Made by a program: the position numbers and the translations under genes
Shown here: positions 25,101-37,842 of the stretch, one piece after another
Position numbering within the stretch: the first letter of the stretch is position 1
Layout: every line of letters starts with the position of its first letter
From: Pocillopora damicornis
Taxonomy: Eukaryota
Assembly (NCBI RefSeq): GCF_003704095.1
Contig: NW_020846475.1
Location: forward strand, 558,001 to 622,000
Direction: 5' to 3'
Length of the DNA stretch: 64,000 nt
Notes under the pieces: model-generated
Seen by the model: the letters and a program-made list of their open reading frames with translations, nothing else
The model's database searches: none
Told to the model about the DNA's origin: nothing

Positions 25101-28100
25101 ATTTTTTCTTCATTTGTAAACCACATTAGACTGTAGATTTAACACAGATGTTATTCAGATGTCTTGTAAGTACAGTCATTTTTCAAGTACCCATTTTTCC
25201 TGACCAATATCTTGTTCTGTCCACTCAGGCCAGATGACAATGGGTGCTTTGGCCTTTTTGTTTTTTTCATCTTTTTCATTCAGTGATCCTACCACACTAG
25301 GTGCCACTGACTGCCTATAGAAAAAACAATGCACATCACATTGTAAGAGAAACTGCTATCATAAAAATTAATCAAACATGAAAGGACAAAGTAACTGTGC
25401 CTCATACAGTTTGTTAATAACCAATTCTAGCACTGTGGAGGACAATGTAATTTGTGACAGTATTATTCAAGACTCTCATTTCTTAAATTCCTATTGTTCA
25501 AGTTGTTTGAATTATGTACATGTCTTAGATAAAAGTATCCAACAAGCTACAATGTACAGTAATCCAGTAAGTTGTTAGAAAGAATTACATGGATGGTAAG
25601 TACCAAATCCTGTCTTGCCAATACATACAACTACATGATTGTACATACATGTACATATAAAAATAAATATATTTTAACCCTATGATACCAAAGAAGCAAT
25701 GCTGTTACACCTTCGTAATTTAGTGCTCCCAGGATTAAGCAAATGACTCATCTTGCCCACAAAAACGTCTTTCACTGTATCAAACAACAGTTCTTGTTTG
25801 TTACAGTAGAACTTAGGGACAGTCAGACTCAACAAATTGCAAATAAAAATATCGTCTGACTGTAGACTTCTCAACAAGGTGTCTTAGCAACCCAGCTATT
25901 CCAAAATCAAATGAAAAAATGTTGACAAAAGGCAAATTTACATATGATGGCTTCAAAACTTGATGTAAAACAGATTAGTTACTATGAAGAACAATTGAGG
26001 ATCTACTCTCAAGATCTATCACTTTTTGGCTTTTGGTAAGGTTAGTATGTTGAGATTCATGAATTGCATTTCAAAAACAAGCTGAAGAGGGATTCCAACA
26101 TCTTATAATTCACTGCATGATGAAACTAATTGAGAAAACTTGTAATCAGATAATGTCAAGATTAACCAGCCTTGTGTAACAATTATTCACCAAAGGCAAA
26201 GTGAGTAATCCCCTAGATGAAGTCAAAGAGATTATTCCACACCATTATCTTTGCCTTTGGCAAATAATTAAATGTACAGTATAATTGCTCAGGTGCTTTC
26301 AAATTCTGTTTAAATTCATTTCGGGATTAAAACCATTCTGTAAATAAAGAAAGCTTTGCACATATTTTGCTATAACTGTTTTGATTACTTGTATCATGCT
26401 TGTTTCTAGAATTAGGTAAGTTCATTTATTATAACTAAATACAGCAGCAAAAAAATTGTGTTACCCCAAACTTAATGGTATTTTTTGTGCTCTTCAGAAT
26501 TGAATTTTCTGTTATTGCATTTATCACTTCCTCCGAAACATTGACAAGTTAAATAGGAGGCAGCCGTTGTGAAATTCAGTGCCCCTGTTATAGTCACTTC
26601 ACACAAAGTAATTATGGCAAGGTATGATGCAATCCTCAACCAATCAGAGCATGTGAATTTATAATTATCTGAGTAATTATACCAGAGGCCAGATAAGAAG
26701 TTCTTAATTCTTAGAGCATCTAACAAGAACTGTAGAGTACAGAAAATCCATTGCTCTGTACAGAAAATCCATCTCTCTGTTCAATTATGGCAATAATGTA
26801 TACATAAATTTTTATGGTATCAATACTGAGCATCAGTTACATTATGAAAAAAATCTTCTAACACATTGTACATGACAAGGCATGCATGCAGGTATACATG
26901 TTCAAGCCATACATGGCCATTGTGCTGATAAACTAACGCAAATTTCAATGTACAAGAAGTTCACTTCACCTTAGATTAATTAACAATGTCACTGAAAAGG
27001 ATTATTAATTTCTCTGTGTATAAAAGTACAATAACTCTCTGTTGGTCTAACTCAATTATGAAATAACTTGAAAAAGGAAATTATAGGCTTAGAAAACAAT
27101 GCAAAATCATGTGGGAATTGAAATAACTTGAAATTATACTGAATTAATGCTCAGAATTATGTTTGCAAGGCTTCTCAAACATCAACAGTAACTACATCCA
27201 GAGAAACTGCAACATAATGTAAGGTTTTTACAAACTAAACAATGGAAAAGTAGAGAGAGATGCGTACAGCTTTCAAGGCTCTTTATGATAAAAAGTTAAT
27301 CATTCTTCCCTAAGTCATTCTGAATGAATGATTAGAAAATTGTGACATTATGAAAAATTATGCAGATCTGCTTTTAAGAATTCACTCTAATCACCCATGT
27401 ATGTAAATGAAGTGTGTTTGTTTGTATTGTGCCAAGGCTTCAAAAGTAAACAATGATATTCTAAAAGGGCTTTTGCAAAAGATATCCAGCCTTTGTTATT
27501 GGTAGCAAAAATAAATATGCCAATTTTGACAGCAAATTGAAATTCTGTCAAACCAAATATTATTACAGCCATGTGGCAATAAACGAGTTAATATCGAAAA
27601 TGAACACACATATTAAAAAAGAAAAGCTGTAAAGGCTCTGAAAGACATACAGAAGTATAAAAAACAACTGGATCAAAAGAAACGTACAATTATTGCTTTT
27701 GTCCCTGAGATTCGCAGGGTCCTAAAAGTTAAACATCGATAGTCCCGGTAAGTTAAAAATGATTGAAGGTAATGTGGTCCTTTATATTCACGAGGCAAAA
27801 ACCGCTAGTCGAATTCATAATTTAATTGATTCGTGCAGCTCATTCTATCTATCGTAAGAGATTAAGTATTGAGAAAGACAATCGGTTGATCGACTCCAAA
27901 AACCAGATCCCATGTATGGTAGCTGTAACAGATTTTACACCTCACGTGAATATTTCGCACGCAAAGAAATGAATCCAGCTAACTCAAGCAGGTGTTGCAT
28001 CTGTTCCTGTGTGTATTGAAACAGTAGAAAAGAAAAAAATTTCTTCAACTTGCCTAAATTTGGCGGAGGATACCGTGGCGAGTCTCAAATCCTTCCACTG

Positions 28101-29056
28101 AGATCCTCGTGAACTCATCTTTCGCGAAATTTAGAAGGGGAACCAGTGACCTCACATTCAACTTATTGCTATCACAACAACAGACGAACTTGTTTGCAAG
28201 CTTAATATCCCGTTGCCTTTAGTTGACAGCACTTATTTGTTAACGTGCCAAATTGTGTTAAGATCGCGCGCAATACGATGGTCTTTTTGTCTTATTTAAT
28301 TTCACTATTGTTCTCATGGAAACCATCCCGAAGAGTTTTACCACAAGGAACCTAATACCTCAAAGTCACAACCTATAATTAGTGCTGAACGTCACAAAAC
28401 GTTATCTGCCTCAATATTGCATTCAGGAAACAAGATGAAATACAGTTAAGAACATACTCGCATTTCTAACGTTGTTTTTTGTCATGGACCAACGATTGTA
28501 AGCTCAAAGTAAAGCTGTGTAGGAGCTCATTATTTATGTGTGAAATCCCGGTGAGACTCTCACAAATTGACTTGATTTCTTTGTTTTCAAAGGGAAAAGG
28601 CGAGATACCTTTGGTAGAATATTATTTCAAAATGCAGTGAAAGTAAAGGCTGAAAATAAATAACAACATTCGACCGAAAACTCTTTAAAATAATCAGGTT
28701 GTGTATCTTGATGAGATGAACCGAAAATATTACAGTCTCTGACTAACTTACACCAAACCTGTTTCAACTATCTACAAATGCTCCAAGCTACCTAAACTCT
28801 TGATGTAATGAAAACTTTATCCATAGTTATACTTCTATATAACTTAGACTTCTATGTTAAATATATATTAACAATCTAGGTCGAGAATTGTCCAAGATGT
28901 CCGCATGGATCAAGTTTGAAGGTCATGTCATTTTCAATGCGAAGTTTGCCGGGCATCGAGTCAAAACAGAAATAAATTTCCTTACTCTGGAATGGTTCTG
29001 GCAGCAGAGGCAACTCTCTCTTTGGATTCTTTCTTCTTCATTGCCTTAGAGGCCAT
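7189..29056 (-). CDS. ADGB: Androglobin (calpain-like domain, circularly permuted globin split by IQ motif, coiled-coil tail); >30 exons
   Basis: N-terminus MASKAMKKKE (exon 28986-29056). WPEWTEQDIGQEKW at 25191-25314. Calpain-like motifs: PVYNPGGKYCVRIFWM|GTWRKVTVDDWMP..ELWPMLLSKALIK (23239-23526, 22576-22715) and HALTGWMPE (21913-22002). Globin ESCRFLEH at 14546-14698, IQ motif AATKIQAAFRGYFLRK at 13866-14187, globin A-C part at 13026-13253, GYTFVAEA at 11890-12078. Last exon 7189-7398 ends in TAA. At least one exon is probably lost in the gap at 18065-18164. Confidence 0.93.
7400..7760. repeat. Purine-rich (GA) low-complexity tract in the last ADGB intron
   Basis: Strong G/A strand bias that produces several spurious Ser/Phe/Leu/Pro ORFs on the minus strand. 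Confidence 0.7.
10780..11222. mobile_element. Non-autonomous interspersed repeat with internal inverted repeat, in an ADGB intron
   Basis: Inverted pair TTGACCAAGCGTGA...TCACGCTTGGTCA; CpG-richer than the flanking intron. Confidence 0.5.
11451..11562. mobile_element. Short foldback/MITE-like element
   Basis: Inverted arms CGCACCTACCCCTCCC / GGGAGGGGTAGGTGCG. Confidence 0.65.
12245..12380 (-). mobile_element. tRNA-derived SINE with Pol III A and B boxes, next to (CT)n
   Basis: Minus strand TAGCTCAGTGGAAGAGCGTCC (A box)...GGGTTCGACTC (B box). No complete cloverleaf. Related copies elsewhere in the window. Confidence 0.7.
18065..18164. other. Assembly gap (100 N) inside ADGB
   Basis: Run of N. 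Confidence 0.99.
28054..28118 (-). CDS. ADGB: Candidate alternative ADGB first coding exon (MSSRGSQWKDLRLATVSSAKF-R) with GC donor
   Basis: ATG at 28118, 65 nt, ends AG|GCAAGT in phase 2, compatible with exon 2 at 25314. Lies in a CpG-rich patch. Confidence 0.4.
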
Positions 29057-29122
29057 ATTTATCCAAATTTTCAAGTATTTTGGATTTTGAACAAAAGTTG
29101 ATCTTCAACAAAGCAAAGATTT

Positions 29123-29136
29123 GTTGTCACGTCAAC
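29123..29136 (-). promoter_or_regulatory. X-box-like (RFX) imperfect palindrome GTTGACGTGACAAC
   Basis: About 70 nt upstream of the ADGB MASK start codon; degenerate match to GTNRCC-N0-3-RGYAAC. Confidence 0.35.
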
Positions 29137-29595
29137 CGATGATACTCTCCTCAGTACCACTCGGCCAAGTTAAACGCGCTGGATTGGGTTCCGCAATAGG
29201 GGTTGGGGCATGTTGGGTTGGGGTCGGATAGGTAGAAGCAAAATCACCAGTGTAGCCTTCTTCTTATTTCTTCTTATTCCTTGAATTTCTAGGAAACTTT
29301 GAAAAGTATAATGGAAATGAAAACTGGAAAAAAAATGAAATGTTATTTTTTCGGTTTTTTCAGATTCCCAGTAGCTGAGTAGCTACAGGGGCTCCTAGTA
29401 GCTACACATGGTTCAAGGCGGAGGCTTCCGCTTCTTGTAATTAATATTTACAAAAAAGGAGAAAAATTTGGCGTCAGTTACCCTTTAAATCACGTTTTCC
29501 ATCATGTAAAATAATCGTAAGACACATCATGTGAAAACCAATGAAATGAAACACCCACCGAGCAGTGTTTCTCATTTCCCCTAATGACTACTTAC

Positions 29596-29771
29596 GGTGT
29601 CTTCTTAGTCGGCGACGGAGAGTCGCCACTAGTCTTAAGCTTCCATTGCGACAGTCGACTTTTGAGCACCTTTGTTCTCAGCACTTCTGAATGTAGGTTG
29701 CTTATCGCGGAGCCCGATCTTGGTGATACCGCTGACGAGCGGGGACTGGTCGGAGTAAATCGGGCATCCAT
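29596..29771 (-). CDS. ADGB: Candidate alternative ADGB first coding exon (MDARFTPTSPRSS...PSPTKKT-P)
   Basis: ATG at 29771, 176-nt open frame, consensus donor CC|GTAAGT in phase 2, compatible with exon 2. Confidence 0.5.
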
Positions 29772-29911
29772 GCTGGCTTAAACGACAGCAGAAGGGCTCT
29801 GTGATAGATTTTCAGAAAAATATTGATTAAATCAAATCTAATAAGGATCCAAGTAGATAAGGGCTTAGTCCGGTACATTTAGCTTCAAGAGATAGCACTA
29901 ATGCTACTCTC

Positions 29912-29957
29912 NNNNNNNNNNNNNNNNNNNNNNNNNNNNNNNNNNNNNNNNNNNNNN
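29912..29957. other. Assembly gap
   Basis: Run of N. Confidence 0.99.
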
Positions 29958-30435
29958 GCAACACGCCGGTACTCAATCATGTATTCCTGGGTGGTTAGAG
30001 GACGGAAAGATTCTGTTTCTAGTCCAAGAGCACAAAAATATGTATGACCAGGGCTCGAATTGCAATCCATCGAACTAAGTCTGGAGCGCAAGCCCCAAAA
30101 ATGATAATCTAAAATTCATTTTATGAATTGAAATGACGAAGAACTTTATGGGTACGGCCATATTTGTAACGAAAAAAACAAATGCGCTTTGTGAAGGCGA
30201 GTCATTTGCTTAATTTGGCTTTAAATTTAATTTCAAGGCTATCAACGAAATTAGACTGAGAATTAAAAACATACAGATCAAAAATAGGATAACTGATGTC
30301 ACATTTCTTTGATCATCAAGAATTCATTTCAGTCTGAATGTGAATCAGTCTACTTTAGTTTTGGAAACGCTAGACGAAGAATCAAACTTTGAACATTATC
30401 CGCTGGTCTTCCTTGAAAAAGTTGGATTAAGAAAA

Positions 30436-30467
<32 letters not shown>

Positions 30468-32300
30468 TTTAATTTTACCTTTGAGACAGTGTGATGTTTC
30501 TGGGGACTTGCAGCGTTTCTGTAACGAAGACAGCAAATAACTTAAGCGCATTCAGTGTACGTTGTTGACTAATTTAAATTTTTTAATGTTATGATTGTAA
30601 TAAATTTTCGTTGTAACATGTATCTTATACTGATTCAAGGATCAATTTATGAAAAATGAATTTAAGCATCGACGAAAATCATCTTTAAGAAGCTCATCAC
30701 ACACTGCTAACTTAAACCAACATATCTTTCCTTCTTCGTTTTGTTATTCATTGCGAGAGTTCTCGGTAACTTACAATTAGTGTAGCATCATGACGACTAG
30801 TATCGCACCGATGATGGGTTGTATCGGATCGCATTTCTTTTAGTTTAGTGAATAAAAAATAAAAGTCTCACTTTGCTTCTCCAAGATGCGTTATCAAGAT
30901 GCCACTTCGAATGCACTGTTGGAAGTCCTCGACTCTTCAAACTTCGTGCATAATATTTTCATGCGGGCATAATTAAACCACTTCTTATATTAAACAGATT
31001 GTGTAACAAGTCTTCCAAAGTTTCCTCCAGCTGCGGTGTCAAATGATTTTCAATGGCATAAAACCACCTGCTGATAACTAAATATGGTATAAGCCTTAGA
31101 ATTGGCGCATAGTGGAGGCGGGACTTTGGGGCTTTAAAGCGTTTATTTGTTGTGTAACCATTAAGTTATTTTGTTACCTTGTCGCTGAATTTGATTGACA
31201 ATTATAATCGATGAGCTCGATGAGAAAAGTGTTTAGTATAACTGCAACGGGTGATTATCAGTGACTATAGTGTTTTTTAAGTTTGTTTTCGCTTCGAAAA
31301 AAAAAAAGGAATAACAAGATCACCTTTTTAATAACAGTACTTCAGTATTGTAAATTACCACCGTACATGAGCCAACTCTTCTCTAAGCCTTTAATTTTGA
31401 TTCACTTAAAAAAAAAGGAAAAAACAGGCGCTGCGAAGTCTGTTCCATGTCAAGTCCGTTCATACCGTTCTTGGAAAAAGTGCAACATTCTGCTATTTTT
31501 CAAAAATTAGACTGGACTGGACTGGATGTTGTTATTCGTGCAGTTCTTAAAACCTATCCACTTAACGATGAATTAAAACGCTAGGGAGAGTTTACATACT
31601 GAACAATCCTGGAAGTCAAAGGCGTTACTGTGAAGCTCCTAAAACTGTAAACACCGGACATCTTTTAGAAATGTGAGTGAATTAAGGAAAAAAAGCCAAC
31701 GAAGCGTGAGAAATTTTTAGCTGAACGCACTAATTTTGGTTTTGAGGTTTGTTTACATGACCTGATCTCTCATATAAAAACATATAAACAGCATTACATA
31801 ACGTCTGTACGACACAATTAACAATGCACAACATAAATAAATAACACGATAAATATCGCAGACACATCTTTTAAGGTGATAGCTAGACAATAACGGCCAG
31901 TTACTCTCCGCACTTTCCCGCCGCATGAAGATGAATAGAGGGGAAAAAACCATGAGGAAACGGGAAAGTGTTGTGTATTCTGGTAACGAGAAGGTATTGT
32001 GACAGAAAACAAAATACCTTCATTTTTTTTAAATTCCATCTTATGCACAGAATCTTAATAATAATGATATTTATTAATTCAATATTTCGCAAATGTAAAT
32101 TTACTATTTTACAGCTGCGCATTACAAAATCTTATTATCTCCTCAGAGATCATCGTCAGGCCTTTGTACCGTAACAAAAATACAGGGCCATTTTAAGCGC
32201 GTACTGGCGTTACCTAAAAAGTATATACACGTCTCCAATTTCTCAAAATAATATCTGAATTTTTTAGGTACGACTGGCTCTAAATCGGGCTCTGTTCGGC

Positions 32301-35300
32301 ATGGCTGTCTTGCTATTCAAAGCATTCACCGCTGTACTGCTGATATCATTTGGATTTTCCATGGTTCATGGATACTTGTTGACTGTATTGCACACGAACG
32401 ACCATCATGGCCGATTCGAAGAAACAGACACCAGCGGTGGCCTTTGCTTCCCGAGATTGGCAAAAGCAGGAGAGTGTTTTGGTGGAGTGGCGAGGAGAGC
32501 CACTATGATAAAAAAGATTCGAGCGGAGGAGAAAAACGTGCTGCTTCTCTCTGGCGGAGACGTGTTTACGGGAACGCTGTGGTATCTAGCCTATCGTGGA
32601 AATGCTTCAAGGAAATTCATGAATGAACTTGGATATGACGCCATGGTATACAGTTTTTTTTTCCACTTTAATTCATACCGGTTTAAATAGCATGATTAGT
32701 GAGCCAAGGCCTGTTATCGATCGAGGACATCGATTCACGCAAGTTGTCGTGAGTGCCCTTTGCACCTGTGCTAGAATTTTAGCGGGGACCTTTGTTCACA
32801 AATACTTTCCAAAAAGGCAGAATTTGTAGGTTATGAATTAAGCGGTCGCTAATCACAGATTTTCTTAAACAAAACTAGACTGAGTGAACTCGAGTTTTAA
32901 GCCCACCCCAGTCCCTCAGAAACTCTTTACCAACGGTTGCTAGTAATCCGGACTGCCAGTCTTTTGACGATGGGCAGGCGATGCAAAGTTTCCTATGGAG
33001 AAAAGGAGCTAGGATAAGAGACTCCAAGAGACTCCCAAAACACACCCTGTCTCCCTCGCGTCTCGTTCTCGTTCTCGTTCCAAATCTCTAAATTTTTGAA
33101 CGGAGCAGACCACCGGAAATCGAAGAAGTCCTGGTAAGAGCATGGAAGAAAATACACCATCGACCTGCTCCAGTCCATGTAAAGAACTAAGCATTCTATA
33201 GATACTTCCAGTATTACTTAAAATCTCTTGGTGATTGCACAAGATCTTGAACACTCCTGTCCCGAACCCAGAACAAGAACAAGGCGCTACTTCTTAATTT
33301 TTATTTCCTGCTCGCTTGTCGAACTAAGCTGAGAGGAAAAAGGGCTGCTCGTAAACTAATCTCCTTTTCCCTTTCTGTTAGGCCCTCGGAAATCACGAAT
33401 TTGACGACGGTGTTGACAATCTCGTTGCCTTCCTAAAAGCTGTGAATTTCTCCGTTGTGGTTTCAAACTTGAATGTCTCCTTGGAGCCGAGCTGGCCTAA
33501 GTCGCCTCCACTCTTTGTTAGGTCAAAGGTCTTTGACGTTGGAGGCGAAAAAATTGGAATTGTGGGATATGTACTGCAAAAAACGCCAAAGTGAGCAAAT
33601 GTTCTAATAACTTGCATAGCTGGCGGAATTACGCGCGCAATTGCTTTATATTAAAACAAGTAGAGAATTCCTGAAGGCCTCAGTACGCTCAGAGTCAAGA
33701 GATGATGTTTCATGATCATCAAGTGACTGCGAGAAGGCCCTTATTATTGTCGCTTCGGCAAGAGTGTTTCTTCGCCCGCGGGAAAGTACGAGGCTAAGAG
33801 TAACACGAGTCGGCGAGAGGTCTGGTAAGGTACTAGCATTTATTATTAGTGCCAGACCCTTAGCAAACCTCTGCCCGACTCGTCTAAAATCTTCCCGGGG
33901 TCGGAAAAACGCGCGTCTTTCAACGATAATAATGATTGCACACAGGCTATCTCATACACAAAATTTGTAGCCGCGAGATGGTTTGCAGTCAATCTACAGG
34001 ACTTGTATCGTTTAATGTACGAAATGAGCATAAGCTCAGATATTTTGAAAGACCAAAGCCAGGAAGTAGTAAACCAGGCAAATAAATGAATACGCAAATG
34101 AGTAAATAAATAATATAATTAAGCAGAGCAAAGATTCAGAGCCCTTTTGTTGCGAACGTGATCTTCTTGCAGAATGGTAATGTCACAGCTTTGACTTATT
34201 ATTGACTGAGAAGCTAACTGCACGTGAAATTAGGAAAAAGAACACAACAGTCTCCTATCATTCGTTGGAATATCGTAGTTGGAATGTAGCGTAACGCAGT
34301 GGCTAATTAAGGTTGCTACGCTAACGATAAGAAGCAGAAGACTAGTTGCTTCAGGGGGAAGAAGAATGTTGTTTTATGCATTCTCAAATTTGTTCATGTT
34401 TTATACATACATGGTTAATACTCATGCACTATCCATCATATTAAGAAAAAACACACGAACTAAGGAAACACCTTTATTGACATTTTTCCTAAGATATATT
34501 TTTTACATTTGTCTATGAAAGGGTTTCCAAACCTGGTCCAGGACCAAACGTGAAATTTCTACCCGAGGTAGAATCACTCAAGAGTGCTGTGCAGGAGCTA
34601 AAAAAGCAGAACATCAATAAGATCATTGCTGTGGGCCACTCTGGTATTGATATGGACAAGAAAATTGCTAAAGAAGTGGATGGAGTCGACATAGTGGTGG
34701 GTGGACATACTAACACCTTCCTTTACACAGGTAATAGTCGTATTAGAACCAAACATTTAGAATTATAGATTTCCTTTGTTCTGTAAGTTATGTGATATTT
34801 ATTACTAAGATCTCGCCAAGAAATAAGTGTTATCGCTCTAGGAATTCTATTCAATTGTATCTTCCATTTTGGTAGACATCGAATTTCGACGCTGCCGCGA
34901 AAGGGCAGCAAGCATCGTGGTATAACTAATTTCCAGCTTCATATATTTCCGCTACATCCAATGGCTCAATTCCATTCCAGGTGGAGATGAGGAGGGGGGG
35001 GAGGTATGAAATTTTTCATACCTCTTGTAAGGCTCTGTAGTATTCTTCTGATACCCTCACTGACAGTCAATTCAGTGGCACTCAATTTTCTATCGTCTCC
35101 TCGGCTTTATATACTCTGTCGGCGGCGACTGATGCCCCCTTTGTTCACCCTGAAAACTATGTTCTCCCTCAAAATCCTCCACCCCTCCCCCTCCGAGGCG
35201 GTAAATAAAGACTGGTTCCTGAACTTCTCGCATGAATCTGTTCGATTTCTTCCTACCATGCAACATTTTAGGTACCCCACCCTCCACGCAAAAGCCCTAC

Positions 35301-37696
35301 GGCCCGTATCCTCTAGTGATTACGCCAGACAGTGATCCTGATGGTAAAGTGCTGGTTGTTCAAGATTATAAGTACGGTAAATGTCTAGGACGTTTAAACG
35401 TCGAGTTTGATGGTGATGGTAAACTTACTTCCTGGAATGGGAATCCCATAATACTGGACAATTCGGTAGCGAAGGATCCAACAATAGAGCGAGAAGTTCA
35501 AGAGATGAAGGCTAAAGTGACCGAACTTGTTGACGTGAGTATCAATTCTTGTTTATGAGCTTCATAAGTCAGTATCAGAGGGAGCTGCCAGGTTTAAAGC
35601 TTGGATTTCAATTCGCTGTACAAACCTGGAATCTGTCTGGATTAAAAAAAAAGAAAAAGAAATAAAGACGGATAAAAAAATACTTAAAAAAATTAAACAC
35701 TGAAAAACGTAACGACTCAAAATGAGGTGAGATGATTTCTCATCTTATCACGAACGCGAGACAAAGAAAAACTTTTTAAAACCCTATTAGGAGTCGATAC
35801 TTAAACCTCTGGATTCCGCTCGCCTACGGTCCTCCATTAATGAGCTACAGGGAAATTTTCAGTGAGTTAGGCCATTACCAAGTTCATGTGTGACACGTTT
35901 CTTGCAGTCTGCTTGGACTAAAAAAATCACTTCATGAGGACTTTTTTGAACAGGCCACGTAAGCTCTTCATTTTACATAAATACGAGATAACGCAAAAAA
36001 AAAAAAGAAAAAACTGTTTTTACAATTTAGTTTAAAGTGGGCACGAGTTTCGTCTTCCTCAACGCTGAAAAACCAGACTGTCTGTTGAAAGAATGCAATT
36101 TGGGTAACCTTTTTACGGATGCCTTTGTTTTCCACAACGCTAACCTGACTGCCAGTGAAACTCAGTGGACTGAAGCGAGTATTGCAATTCAGAATAGTGG
36201 CAGCATTACAGCATCAATGTTCGTCAGTGCTCAAGGTAAAAGTCAACCTGACCTCGTTCCCAGGGTCCTCTCTCTTCTTTTGGCGAGAAAATACTTTCTC
36301 GAGAGAGGACCCTTGGAACGAGGCTGAGTAAGAGTATGTTTATTAAGAGAAAGGGGGAGAGGTGGTTGTCATTCCATGCTCGTAATTGCGTCACAAAATA
36401 AGAGAGTATCTACCCGACGGAGCAAATTTTAAGTTGAAGAAACGTTTTCTTCGCAGAACCGGTTTAGGATCTAATCAAAGTTACCTTTCTCAAAATATAT
36501 GTCTAACAAGCCTTGTTGCTGTATTCAACAAAATTGTCTTTTCTGGGCGGGGTAATTTTCTTAAATATTTCGAAGGGGAATAATTTCGAGAGAAGAAAAC
36601 TACGAGGAATGTAAGGAAAGGAAATTAAAAATAAAATCGTATTATTTACAGCCAGATACTTTCGGTATTCACAAACTGACACGAGTTCGGTTAATTTCAT
36701 GCATAGAGATTTTTCAACTAATTTTTTTTCCCGCTTATATTTCTCCTACACAGAAGCTGTCACTTACGGTTACGTTGTGAACAGCTTCCCGTATAGAAAT
36801 ACTGTCGATATTGTGGAACTCACGGGCGAGGATCTTACGCTGGTCTTCGAACAAGTAGCTACATTGTACGATAAAAACGACCCCAGCAATTCATTTCTAC
36901 AAGTCTCAGGTAATTGTGTGCTTTTTTCTAAAAGTTTAAACATCATTTGGGTTAATTTTAATCGAAAGCCAGGAATTGCATCGATTATGCTTTGCTTCGC
37001 CCTCCGATTGGTCCAGAGAACTCGTGCTGCCCTTTCAACAAATCAGATACAAAACTTAAAGCAGCCGCAACTTGGACACCCGCGTTTTCCCGCGCTTCTC
37101 ATTGTTTGATATTATTTGGCTCTTCTATTCTGATTAGGCATTGTGTTTGATCAGGTTTTGGTTTGCAAGAACTCGTCGATGGGCGAGTAGAACATAGTTA
37201 AATGAAGGCGATGAATTTTGACTGCTAAATAACATTGCCTACGGTGTGCATGCTCCAGAAAGGAGTTCAATAAACTTTTTCTCACTGCTTTCTAGGACTC
37301 AGAGTAAAGTACGACATGAGAAAGCCTGAAGGTAGCCGAGTCGTAGAAATCCAGGTCCGCTGTGCTTCCTGTAGATTCCCTTCTTATCAACCAGTAGTCC
37401 TGTCCACTGTTTACAAAGTGATCCTCTCGTCCTACATTGTCCGAGGTGGAGCGGGTCTGACTGCCATTGACGAGAAGAAACTTTCTCATCAAGTTGGTAA
37501 CAATACCGTCGACAGAGTGATTGCAAACTATTTCAAGGCAAAATCGCCCATTATGACAGGCGTAGAGGGCAGGATAACTTTTATGAACGACAATGACGAC
37601 AAGCTCTGTGTGAATGGGGTGAACACGTTCGGATTGCGTTTCCCTCTGCTAATTGGTGCCATAACATCATCAGTTTTTAGGGCAATTTTCAACTGA
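32301..37696 (+). CDS. Ecto-5'-nucleotidase (CD73/NT5E-family)-like protein with signal peptide and likely GPI tail; 7 exons
   Basis: Exons 32301-32645, 33382-33590, 34522-34730, 35272-35534, 36031-36235, 36754-36909, 37296-37696. Motifs LHTNDHHGRFEE, GGDVFTGT, ALGNHEFD, VGHSG, VVGGHTNTFLY, ECNLGN, FLQVSG, EGRI; hydrophobic C-terminus. Confidence 0.92.
35735..35920 (-). mobile_element. Degenerate tRNA-derived SINE copy
   Basis: Similar to the copies at 12245-12380 and 2040-2237. Confidence 0.55.
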
Positions 37697-37777
37697 GTGT
37701 CGAAAGTAATCCGAGATTGCCTTGCTTTTGCTTTACTTTGCTCTGTGATTGGCCCAGAAAATTACTATAGTAATAAC

Positions 37778-37842
<65 letters not shown>

